Source: Macrostomum lignano (lineage: Eukaryota). Taken from it: 64,000 bases of DNA. The notes beneath the pieces are model-generated. The model did no database searches. It saw only the letters and a program-made list of their open reading frames with translations, and was not told the origin of the DNA. The translations under genes were made by a program, and so were the position numbers. The stretch lies in assembly GCA_002269645.1 (NCBI GenBank), contig NIVC01002621.1:62001-126000 (forward strand), read 5' to 3'. Of the stretch, positions 23,544 through 35,000 are shown in pieces (position 1 is the first letter of the stretch; every line of letters starts with the position of its first letter).

Positions 23544-24095
23544 CTGGCAGTACAGATACTACTGACACCTGCAGCACAGATACTACTGACACCTGCAGTA
23601 CAGATACTACTGACACCTGCAGCACAGATGCTACTGACACCTGCAGTACAGATGCTACTGACACCTGCAGTACAGATACTACTGACATCTGCAGTACAGA
23701 TACTACTGACATCTGCAGTACAGATATTACTGACACCTGGCAGTACAGGTACTACTGACACCTGTAGTAGATATACTACTCACATCTGCAGTACAGATAC
23801 TACTGGCACCTGCAATACAGATACTACTGACACCTGGAGAACAGATACAACTGACATTTTCAGTACAGGTACTACTGACACCTGCAGTAGATACTACTCA
23901 TATCTGCAGATCGGATACTACTGACACCTGCAGGACAGATACTGCTGACATCTGCAGTGCAGATACTACGGACACCTACAGGTCAGATACTACTGACACT
24001 TGCAGTACAGATGCTACTGACACCTGCAGTAGATACTACTCATATCTGCAGATCGGATACTACTCACACCTGCAGGACAGATACTACTGACACTG
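23544..24095 (+). repeat. CAGTACAGATACTACTGA minisatellite array 2, right part (duplicated at 30059-30610)
   Basis: Resumes in register after the CT target duplication. Confidence 0.95.
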
Positions 24096-25557
24096 ACATT
24101 TCGAAGTTCAGCTTCTGTGTCGAGTTTGAGGCTTTAAGCTGGTTGGGAAAGAGACCATAAATATGCTTTGGTTTTAGAAATAAAATTAAAATGCTTCAGT
24201 TTAACTTAACTACTGAACTGAAAGTAGCTTGCACGCAAATGTGCTGAGTGGCCCATCTAGTTATTCTAGTATCTGTGCACCGTGTATATAGATCAGGAAA
24301 CCTTGTGTAAAAGCATTGAAAATAGAGTAATTTTAATACTATAAGTAATTATCCCTATTCATTGCTACTTATACTAGTAGCATTATAAATACGAGATTTT
24401 GACAGCGCGTGGCACTTACGAAATAATAATAAGACGAGCCTTTAATGTACATGTAATAAGATTTCAGTCGCGATCAGATCGCTGACCACGTGACCCTGCA
24501 GCCCGAACCAGCCTTAGCAGCTGGTCTGTACGCAGACACGCACTTATACACACGCTAAAACAGGATGTACAGGGGCCTGAATTTCTCATCGTTGGGCATG
24601 TACACTCTCTGTGCCTTGAAATTAGTGTGAATCACCGTGTGACAGCGGAGAGTCAGACCCGTGTACCGCTGAGCTGCTCTGTCACTTGGTATTGATGCGT
24701 AGAGAGGAATGGAAAATCTAAATTCAATGCTTAATTGCTGAATTAGTTCATTGTATACTACTTAGTAAACTATGTATACTACTTAGTAACCTTTAAATAC
24801 TACTTAGTAACTTTATATACTACTTAGTCAACTATATACACTACTCAGTAAACTATATACACTACTTAGTAAACTATATATACTACTTAGTAAACTATGT
24901 ATACTACTTAGTAAACTATAGATACTACTTAGTCAACTATATATACTACTTAGTAAACTATGTATACTACTTAGTAACCTATAAATTCTACTTAGTAAAC
25001 TTTATATACTACTTAGTAAACTATAGATACTACTTAGTCAACTATATATACTACTTAGTATAATTCGCTGCAAGATTCTCACGAACAAAAGAAGGACACG
25101 AAACACGAAAGAGAAGCCAACCCAATCAGCCTGTTGAAGGAATTATCCTAATAAAAAACGAACAGACAAACGAACAAACATGTTTTATATAATAGCTGGA
25201 GTAGATGTATTACACAGAAGTATAGTTAACAGTAACAGTAGCAGCCTACGAAAAATGCCGTTCTGTGGTGCTTGAGCACTGCTCATAAATGCCACACGAT
25301 CTCTTCTACCATTTTGCCAAGCTTTCACCCCCGCTGAGATCATGATTGATTGGGTAAGCTGCAGAAGACCGAAAGATCGCTAAAAAGAAAATATTTATTG
25401 GTGGAAGATAAGCGTGCGCATATAGAAAACTAAAAGTAAACGAAAGTGTGTGACGAATTCATGTGAAACAAATGTCAAGAGAATGTCATTGCAATCGGGA
25501 CGCTCTAGTAAAGTCAATTGTTCCCCAGAGCACTGATCCCATTGCCGCGCCAGATTC

Positions 25558-28283
25558 TCAGTCGTCCCCGTCAATGGACATGCAATTACCGGCCTGGGTG
25601 CTGGCAGCGGCGGCGGCAGCGGTGGCGGGAGTGGCAGCGGGAGCTCCAGAGGCCATCGGAGTCGAGAACCACCGCTGCATCGCTGAGTGCGGAAGAGGCG
25701 CCGGCGGCGGTGTCTCGACGGCAGTGAGACCTGCGGCTGCAGCGGCCAAGGGGGTGGACAAGCGCGACTGGACTGGCGAGTCGGACACCAGGACCACCTT
25801 GCCGCGGCTCTTGTTGCCGATGATCGAGCTGGCGCCCGAGACCGCCGACGTGTCCCCAGCCGCCGCGGCCGAAGCATCAGCGCCCAGTGACCGCGACAGC
25901 AGGCTGTGCACCGGCCGACTCTGCAGCGCCTCCTGAAGGCTCTCGTCAGACGAGGACAGCTCAACAACTTCGATCGGTTCGTTGTTCTCTCCAGCATCTG
26001 ACTCAGCATCTGACTCAGCATCTGACCCAGCATCTGACCCGGCATCTGAGCCGGACTCTTCCACTAATTCGCCTTCTCCGTCAGCTTCCGAGAAGCTCAT
26101 GGCGTGAGCACTGTCTGAGAGGCGCTCCGGCGTGGCAGGCACAATCAGCTTCTGAGGAGCCGGCGGGGCTGGCGAAGCCGCGCATGAGGCCTCCATAGCC
26201 GCGGCGCCCGCCTGCTGCTCATCATCGGCGGCCTCATCGGAGTCGGAGTCGATGGCCAGCCGGCGGACATTGCGGCGGCCAGCTGACGGCAGGCGCACGG
26301 CCAGCGGCGAGTCCTCGAAGCTGACGTCGGCTGCTGCGGGAGCAGCCTGCTGGACAGCCATCGAAGTGTCGCCTCGATTCGACTTGTCGAACGTCGGGTC
26401 ATCGCTAACCACGCTGTCCTCGGAGACGCTCATTGCGTGGATGCTCTCAGACAGCTGGGCCACCGAGGGCGGCGGCGTCGGCGGCTGTTGCGGCACTGGC
26501 TGTTGCGGCACTGGCTGTTGCGGCACTGGCTGTTGCGGCACTGGCTGCGGCGGCACTGGCTGCGGCGGCACTGGCTGTTGCGGCACTGGCTGTTGCGGCA
26601 CTGGCTGTTGCGGCACTACTGGCTGTTGCGGCACTGGCTGTTGCGGCACTGGCTGTTGCGGCACTGGCTGCGGCGGCACTGGCTGCGGCGGCACTGGCTG
26701 TTGCGGCACTGGCTGTTGCGGCACTGGCTGTTGCGGCACTGGCTGTTGCGGCACTGGCTGTTGCGGCACTGGCTGCGGCGGCACTGACTGTTGCGGCATA
26801 GGCTGCCGCGGTGGCGGAGGCGGCGGCATCGGCTGCTGCGGTGGCGGACTAGGAGGCGGGCTTGGAACGCCAGCCGCTTCACCCCCGGCGGATGATGAGG
26901 CGGAAGCTGAAACCGAGGCGGCCGAGGCCGAGTCGGAGGCGTACACAGGCCGAGGCCGCGGCGGCTGCAAGTTTCAGATTTGTAGAAAGTGAATAATCAG
27001 TGCTCAGAAAGACAGTTAAAAAACTTTAGCAAACTTCATACCGGAGGAATTTTGGGCCGGGAGAGCGGCACAAACTGGTGCATGGTGGCCTCAATCCGGT
27101 CGCGCACATTGGCCGGCCGAGCGGAGCCCGGCTGCAGCACTGACAGCTCCATGCGGCTCATATCGATGCGGTCCAGCCTGCGGCCTGCCATCTCCTCGTT
27201 CTCCCTAGCCAGTGTCTCCTCCACCTGACGCCGGCGCTGCTCGGCAAATTTAGCCGAATTAGCGGCTCCGATCGTGGTGGATTCGAGCCCGGGACCGCCG
27301 AACATACTGGCGGCAGCGGCGGCTGAGGCCTCGCTGTTGTCGTCCACGTCGGGCTCCGTGGCGTCGGCCTGCGTGAACATCAGGTCGTGATCGGAGATGC
27401 CGAACACATTCAGGCTGTGAAGGTAGGCCAGGTGCTCGTCAAGCTCCGGATCGGTGCGACGCTGGCCGCTGTGCAGCTCGGCCAGCTGCTGCTGCGTCTG
27501 CGACTTCAGGTGATCGTCCAGCTTGAAAAGCTCCCTCAGCTCTTGCTTTGTGAAGTAGCTGGCGGATTGAGCATAGGGGGGAGTGGGCGAATTTTGGGGT
27601 TAGAGACTCCAGCAATAGTGCTCATGAATTGCTCAAATATTTGTGCTCAGAAACTCGATCGACAGTGCCGAGAATATCGATTGATAATGCTGGGAATGTC
27701 GATTGATAATGCTGAGAATATCGATTGATAATGCTGGGAATGTCGATTGATAATGCTAAGAAACTCGATCGATAATGCTGAGAATATTGATCGATAATGC
27801 TAAGAATATTGATCGATAATGCTAAGAATATTGATCGATAATGCTGGGAAACTCGATCGATAGAGCTAAGAATATTGATTGATAATGCTGGGAAACTTGA
27901 TCGATATTGCTGGATAACTCGATCGATAGAGCTAAGAATATTGATCGATAATGCTGGGAAACTTGATCGATATTGCTGAGAAACTCGATCAAAAGCACTA
28001 CATAAGCTCAGACTCGAACACAGACCCAAGCTCACCGATAAGGATCCTTGTCAGCCTCGCCGATGCCAGTTGTCTGCCTGGTGATACCATCTTTGAACAC
28101 CTGTCGGCGGTAGATCTTCTCTTCCACAGTGCCGCACGTGATGAGCCGGTAGATCAGTACATTGCGACTCTGCCCAATGCGGAAGGCCCTGTCAACCGCC
28201 TGAGCGTCCACCGCCGGGTTCCACGATGGGTCCAGAATGACTACGCGGTCTGCCGCAGTCAGAGTGAGGCCGACTCCGCCCAC
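25558..28283 (-). pseudogene. ERCC6L: Partial duplicate of ERCC6L (exons 4-6 only: 28036-28283, 27042-27558, 25558-26964)
   Basis: Coding sequence and splice sites identical to exons 4-6 of the full gene; no exons 1-3 of its own. Confidence 0.85.
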
Positions 28284-28435
28284 CTGCGGAAGAGTGGCAG
28301 CAGACAGGTAAATGGACGACATAAATGTGTGAGGTTTAAATAGGCCCCTTATTGATGTTTAGATAAGCCAGCAATTGATGATTAGATATGCCACCAATGA
28401 GTGATTAGATACGAAACCTCTAGATGATTAGACAC

Positions 28436-30044
28436 TGTTGGACTCTGACTGACTCTGATCTTTTATGGACTGTGGGCTCTGGGTCAGTGTTTGGGGTGGG
28501 TTATTTGTCTGGTGAGGGTTTGCGTACTCTGTGTACATTGTTGCTCATTCTCTATTCCATCGTGCATGCCTTATCTCTGTCACCCACCCCAATGCTATGC
28601 TGCGATGCTTATTAAATGTGTTTCTGATCTGAGGTTGACTTCAATAAACTTCTGTCACAACTTGAGTGCTAAAGCTATTGACTTTCACTTGGCGTCGCAA
28701 GCAGGATTGCGCATGCCTGCATACGGCCATAATGTCTATTAAGATACGAGATCAACTGCCTCTGGAAAATGTGGACGAACTGCAAGCCTGGGTAGAAGTG
28801 TTCGACGCTCAGGCGAGGTCCAAAGGAGTCAGAGACGAGGAGAACAACCTCGGCTTGACAGACGCATTTCTAGGATCGCTGGGCGTAAGTCAACTTATGA
28901 AGGTCAAACAGCTGGTGGCTCCAAAGAAGATCGCAGGAATGCGGTGGGAGAACATCAAGAAAAGTCTTTTCAAGTATCTGGAGCCCAAGAAGAGACTTCT
29001 GATAGCCGAGAGGACAGCATTCATGGCCATGAGACAAGTCGTAACTGTGGCCGGCTTCACTGCTAGATTGCGAGAACAGGCCATGGTTTGCGAGTTCGAG
29101 AAGTTCAAGGAAGAGCGGGCAGACCCGGCTGAGCAGCTCATTAAGATGCGCCTCATCGCTGGCCTAGTCAGCCAGGACACGAGAAACAAGGTTCTGGAGC
29201 GTGAGATGACGCAAGAGCTGACTGTAGATCAGATCACTGAGTTTGTTCAGCAGCTGCAACTAGTCAACGACTTCACGACACCAACCTCGGCAGCTCAGAA
29301 CATCGGAGCATCAACTGAGCCAGCTGTGCATCAGGCAGTGTCACAAGAGCTGGAGCAGCAATCGGCTCACACTGTTCACCAGTTCAAGGGCAAGTGTGGA
29401 AGATGCGGCTTGGCTCAGCATCGTAACGTGTCTGAATGTCGGGCCTTGAAAGCGGTTTGCCACAAGTGCGAAAAGCAGGGGCAGGGCATGCCGCGGCATG
29501 CCGCTTTGCCAGGGCATGCCGCGGCACCGCCAAGGCGCACTTCACGGAGCCCAAAGCCAACTCAGATGAAGCTGTGTTTTTCTGCACTGAAGACAAGCCA
29601 GCTGACTTCTGCTTTGTGAAGATCAACGGTAAGCAGGTGAAAATGGAGAGGAACAGCGGCACCTCCTGCTCATTGATCTCCAAGAAAATCTGGATCGACC
29701 TTGGACGTCCAGCACTCAAGAAGCCGAAGTCACGCATGCTGTCATATGATGGTCACGTGATGAGACAGCTTGGCCTCCTACAGTGCCTGGTGGAGACTGA
29801 AGGCGACAACGGGAGATTTGCGACAATGGAACTCCCGGTGATAGACTGTCACCAGCACTTCGGTCTCCTGGGCCGGAATCTGCTAAGCAGCCGGCAGATG
29901 CACCATTCGGAGGAGGTGAGCAACAAATATCTGAAGTTGGCTGGAATCAAGGGCGCGGTTGCAGAGATCCGACTCAAGTCCAGCGCCGAGCCAGTGTTCC
30001 AACCGGCCCGTAAGCTTCCAATGGCATTAAAACCGCTGGTGAAG
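28436..30044 (+). mobile_element. Duplicated 5' part of the Gypsy element (LTR 28436-28687, PBS 28690-28707, gag, protease), cut at the duplication junction
   Basis: Identical to 34950-36559; ends before RT. Confidence 0.9.
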
Positions 30045-31908
30045 GCTTTGCCACTGGGCTGGCAGTACAGATACTACTGACACCTGCAGCACAGATACTA
30101 CTGACACCTGCAGTACAGATACTACTGACACCTGCAGCACAGATGCTACTGACACCTGCAGTACAGATGCTACTGACACCTGCAGTACAGATACTACTGA
30201 CATCTGCAGTACAGATACTACTGACATCTGCAGTACAGATATTACTGACACCTGGCAGTACAGGTACTACTGACACCTGTAGTAGATATACTACTCACAT
30301 CTGCAGTACAGATACTACTGGCACCTGCAATACAGATACTACTGACACCTGGAGAACAGATACAACTGACATTTTCAGTACAGGTACTACTGACACCTGC
30401 AGTAGATACTACTCATATCTGCAGATCGGATACTACTGACACCTGCAGGACAGATACTGCTGACATCTGCAGTGCAGATACTACGGACACCTACAGGTCA
30501 GATACTACTGACACTTGCAGTACAGATGCTACTGACACCTGCAGTAGATACTACTCATATCTGCAGATCGGATACTACTCACACCTGCAGGACAGATACT
30601 ACTGACACTGACATTTCGAAGTTCAGCTTCTGTGTCGAGTTTGAGGCTTTAAGCTGGTTGGGAAAGAGACCATAAATATGCTTTGGTTTTAGAAATAAAA
30701 TTAAAATGCTTCAGTTTAACTTAACTACTGAACTGAAAGTAGCTTGCACGCAAATGTGCTGAGTGGCCCATCTAGTTATTCTAGTATCTGTGCACCGTGT
30801 ATATAGATCAGGAAACCTTGTGTAAAAGCATTGAAAATAGAGTAATTTTAATACTATAAGTAATTATCCCTATTCATTGCTACTTATACTAGTAGCATTA
30901 TAAATACGAGATTTTGACAGCGCGTGGCACTTACGAAATAATAATAAGACGAGCCTTTAATGTACATGTAATAAGATTTCAGTCGCGATCAGATCGCTGA
31001 CCACGTGACCCTGCAGCCCGAACCAGCCTTAGCAGCTGGTCTGTACGCAGACACGCACTTATACACACGCTAAAACAGGATGTACAGGGGCCTGAATTTC
31101 TCATCGTTGGGCATGTACACTCTCTGTGCCTTGAAATTAGTGTGAATCACCGTGTGACAGCGGAGAGTCAGACCCGTGTACCGCTGAGCTGCTCTGTCAC
31201 TTGGTATTGATGCGTAGAGAGGAATGGAAAATCTAAATTCAATGCTTAATTGCTGAATTAGTTCATTGTATACTACTTAGTAAACTATGTATACTACTTA
31301 GTAACCTTTAAATACTACTTAGTAACTTTATATACTACTTAGTCAACTATATACACTACTCAGTAAACTATATACACTACTTAGTAAACTATATATACTA
31401 CTTAGTAAACTATGTATACTACTTAGTAAACTATAGATACTACTTAGTCAACTATATATACTACTTAGTAAACTATGTATACTACTTAGTAACCTATAAA
31501 TTCTACTTAGTAAACTTTATATACTACTTAGTAAACTATAGATACTACTTAGTCAACTATATATACTACTTAGTATAATTCGCTGCAAGATTCTCACGAA
31601 CAAAAGAAGGACACGAAACACGAAAGAGAAGCCAACCCAATTAGCCTGTTGAAGGAATTATCCTAATAAAAAACGAACAGACAAACGAACAAACATGTTT
31701 TATATAATAGCTGGAGTAGATGTATTACACAGAAGTATAGTTAACAGTAACAGTAGCAGCCTACGAAAAATGCCGTTCTGTGGTGCTTGAGCACTGCTCA
31801 TAAATGCCACACGATCTCTTCTACCATTTTGCCAAGCTTTCACCCCCGCTGAGATCATGATTGATTGGGTAAGCTGCAGAAGACCGAAAGATCGCTAAAA
31901 AGAAAATA

Positions 31909-31914
31909 TTTATT
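31909..31914 (-). terminator. Polyadenylation signal AATAAA of ERCC6L (copy at 25394-25399)
   Basis: TTTATT on plus, about 160 nt beyond the stop codon. Confidence 0.55.
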
Positions 31915-32071
31915 GGTGGAAGATAAGCGTGCGCATATAGAAAACTAAAAGTAAACGAAAGTGTGTGACGAATTCATGTGAAACAAATGTCAAGAGAATG
32001 TCATTGCAATCGGGACGCTCTAGTAAAGTCAATTGTTCCCCAGAGCACTGATCCATTGCCGCGCCAGATTC

Positions 32072-35000
32072 TCAGTCGTCCCCGTCAATGGACATGCAAT
32101 TACCGGCCTGGGTGCTGGCAGCGGCGGCGGCAGCGGTGGCGGGAGTGGCAGCGGGAGCTCCAGAGGCCATCGGAGTCGAGAACCACCGCTGCATCGCTGA
32201 GTGCGGAAGAGGCGCCGGCGGCGGTGTCTCGACGGCAGTGAGACCTGCGGCTGCAGCGGCCAAGGGGGTGGACAAGCGCGACTGGACTGGCGAGTCGGAC
32301 ACCAGGACCACCTTGCCGCGGCTCTTGTTGCCGATGATCGAGCTGGCGCCCGAGACCGCCGACGTGTCCCCAGCCGCCGCGGCCGAAGCATCAGCGCCCA
32401 GTGACCGCGACAGCAGGCTGTGCACCGGCCGACTCTGCAGCGCCTCCTGAAGGCTCTCGTCAGACGAGGACAGCTCAACAACTTCGATCGGTTCGTTGTT
32501 CTCTCCAGCATCTGACTCAGCATCTGACTCAGCATCTGACCCAGCATCTGACCCGGCATCTGAGCCGGACTCTTCCACTAATTCGCCTTCTCCGTCAGCT
32601 TCCGAGAAGCTCATGGCGTGAGCACTGTCTGAGAGGCGCTCCGGCGTGGCAGGCACAATCAGCTTCTGAGGAGCCGGCGGGGCTGGCGAAGCCGCGCATG
32701 AGGCCTCCATAGCCGCGGCGCCCGCCTGCTGCTCATCATCGGCGGCCTCATCGGAGTCGGAGTCGATGGCCAGCCGGCGGACATTGCGGCGGCCAGCTGA
32801 CGGCAGGCGCACGGCCAGCGGCGAGTCCTCGAAGCTGACGTCGGCTGCTGCGGGAGCAGCCTGCTGGACAGCCATCGAAGTGTCGCCTCGATTCGACTTG
32901 TCGAACGTCGGGTCATCGCTAACCACGCTGTCCTCGGAGACGCTCATTGCGTGGATGCTCTCAGACAGCTGGGCCACCGAGGGCGGCGGCGTCGGCGGCT
33001 GTTGCGGCACTGGCTGTTGCGGCACTGGCTGTTGCGGCACTGGCTGTTGCGGCACTGGCTGCGGCGGCACTGGCTGCGGCGGCACTGGCTGTTGCGGCAC
33101 TGGCTGTTGCGGCACTGGCTGTTGCGGCACTACTGGCTGTTGCGGCACTGGCTGTTGCGGCACTGGCTGTTGCGGCACTGGCTGCGGCGGCACTGGCTGC
33201 GGCGGCACTGGCTGTTGCGGCACTGGCTGTTGCGGCACTGGCTGTTGCGGCACTGGCTGTTGCGGCACTGGCTGTTGCGGCACTGGCTGCGGCGGCACTG
33301 ACTGTTGCGGCATAGGCTGCCGCGGTGGCGGAGGCGGCGGCATCGGCTGCTGCGGTGGCGGACTAGGAGGCGGGCTTGGAACGCCAGCCGCTTCACCCCC
33401 GGCGGATGATGAGGCGGAAGCTGAAACCGAGGCGGCCGAGGCCGAGTCGGAGGCGTACACAGGCCGAGGCCGCGGCGGCTGCAAGTTTCAGATTTGTAGA
33501 AAGTGAATAATCAGTGCTCAGAAAGACAGTTAAAAAACTTTAGCAAACTTCATACCGGAGGAATTTTGGGCCGGGAGAGCGGCACAAACTGGTGCATGGT
33601 GGCCTCAATCCGGTCGCGCACATTGGCCGGCCGAGCGGAGCCCGGCTGCAGCACTGACAGCTCCATGCGGCTCATATCGATGCGGTCCAGCCTGCGGCCT
33701 GCCATCTCCTCGTTCTCCCTAGCCAGTGTCTCCTCCACCTGACGCCGGCGCTGCTCGGCAAATTTAGCCGAATTAGCGGCTCCGATCGTGGTGGATTCGA
33801 GCCCGGGACCGCCGAACATACTGGCGGCAGCGGCGGCTGAGGCCTCGCTGTTGTCGTCCACGTCGGGCTCCGTGGCGTCGGCCTGCGTGAACATCAGGTC
33901 GTGATCGGAGATGCCGAACACATTCAGGCTGTGAAGGTAGGCCAGGTGCTCGTCAAGCTCCGGATCGGTGCGACGCTGGCCGCTGTGCAGCTCGGCCAGC
34001 TGCTGCTGCGTCTGCGACTTCAGGTGATCGTCCAGCTTGAAAAGCTCCCTCAGCTCTTGCTTTGTGAAGTAGCTGGCGGATTGAGCATAGGGGGGAGTGG
34101 GCGAATTTTGGGGTTAGAGACTCCAGCAATAGTGCTCATGAATTGCTCAAATATTTGTGCTCAGAAACTCGATCGACAGTGCCGAGAATATCGATTGATA
34201 ATGCTGGGAATGTCGATTGATAATGCTGAGAATATCGATTGATAATGCTGGGAATGTCGATTGATAATGCTAAGAAACTCGATCGATAATGCTGAGAATA
34301 TTGATCGATAATGCTAAGAATATTGATCGATAATGCTAAGAATATTGATCGATAATGCTGGGAAACTCGATCGATAGAGCTAAGAATATTGATTGATAAT
34401 GCTGGGAAACTTGATCGATATTGCTGGAAAACTCGATCGATAGAGCTAAGAATATTGATCGATAATGCTGGGAAACTTGATCGATATTGCTGAGAAACTC
34501 GATCAAAAGCACTACATAAGCTCAGACTCGAACACAGACCCAAGCTCACCGATAAGGATCCTTGTCAGCCTCGCCGATGCCAGTTGTCTGCCTGGTGATA
34601 CCATCTTTGAACACCTGTCGGCGGTAGATCTTCTCTTCCACAGTGCCGCACGTGATGAGCCGGTAGATCAGTACATTGCGACTCTGCCCAATGCGGAAGG
34701 CCCTGTCAACCGCCTGAGCGTCCACCGCCGGGTTCCACGATGGGTCCAGAATGACTACGCGGTCTGCCGCAGTCAGAGTGAGGCCGACTCCGCCCACCTG
34801 CGGAAGAGTGGCAGCAGACAGGTAAATGGACGACATAAATGTGTGAGGTTTAAATAGGCCCCTTATTGATGTTTAGATAAGCCAGCAATTGATGATTAGA
34901 TATGCCACCAATGAGTGATTAGATACGAAACCTCTAGATGATTAGACACTGTTGGACTCTGACTGACTCTGATCTTTTATGGACTGTGGGCTCTGGGGTC

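Noticed and set aside
16870-24095. CRISPR-like look of the CAGTACAGATACTACTGA arrays
   Set aside because: No unique spacers, no cas genes, eukaryotic context.
25395-33506. Overlapping GCCGT-, AVAAL-, RHWLL- and RNSQC-repeat ORFs
   Set aside because: Alternative frames of the coding 15-bp repeat; only the minus frame continuous with ERCC6L exon 5 is supported by splicing.
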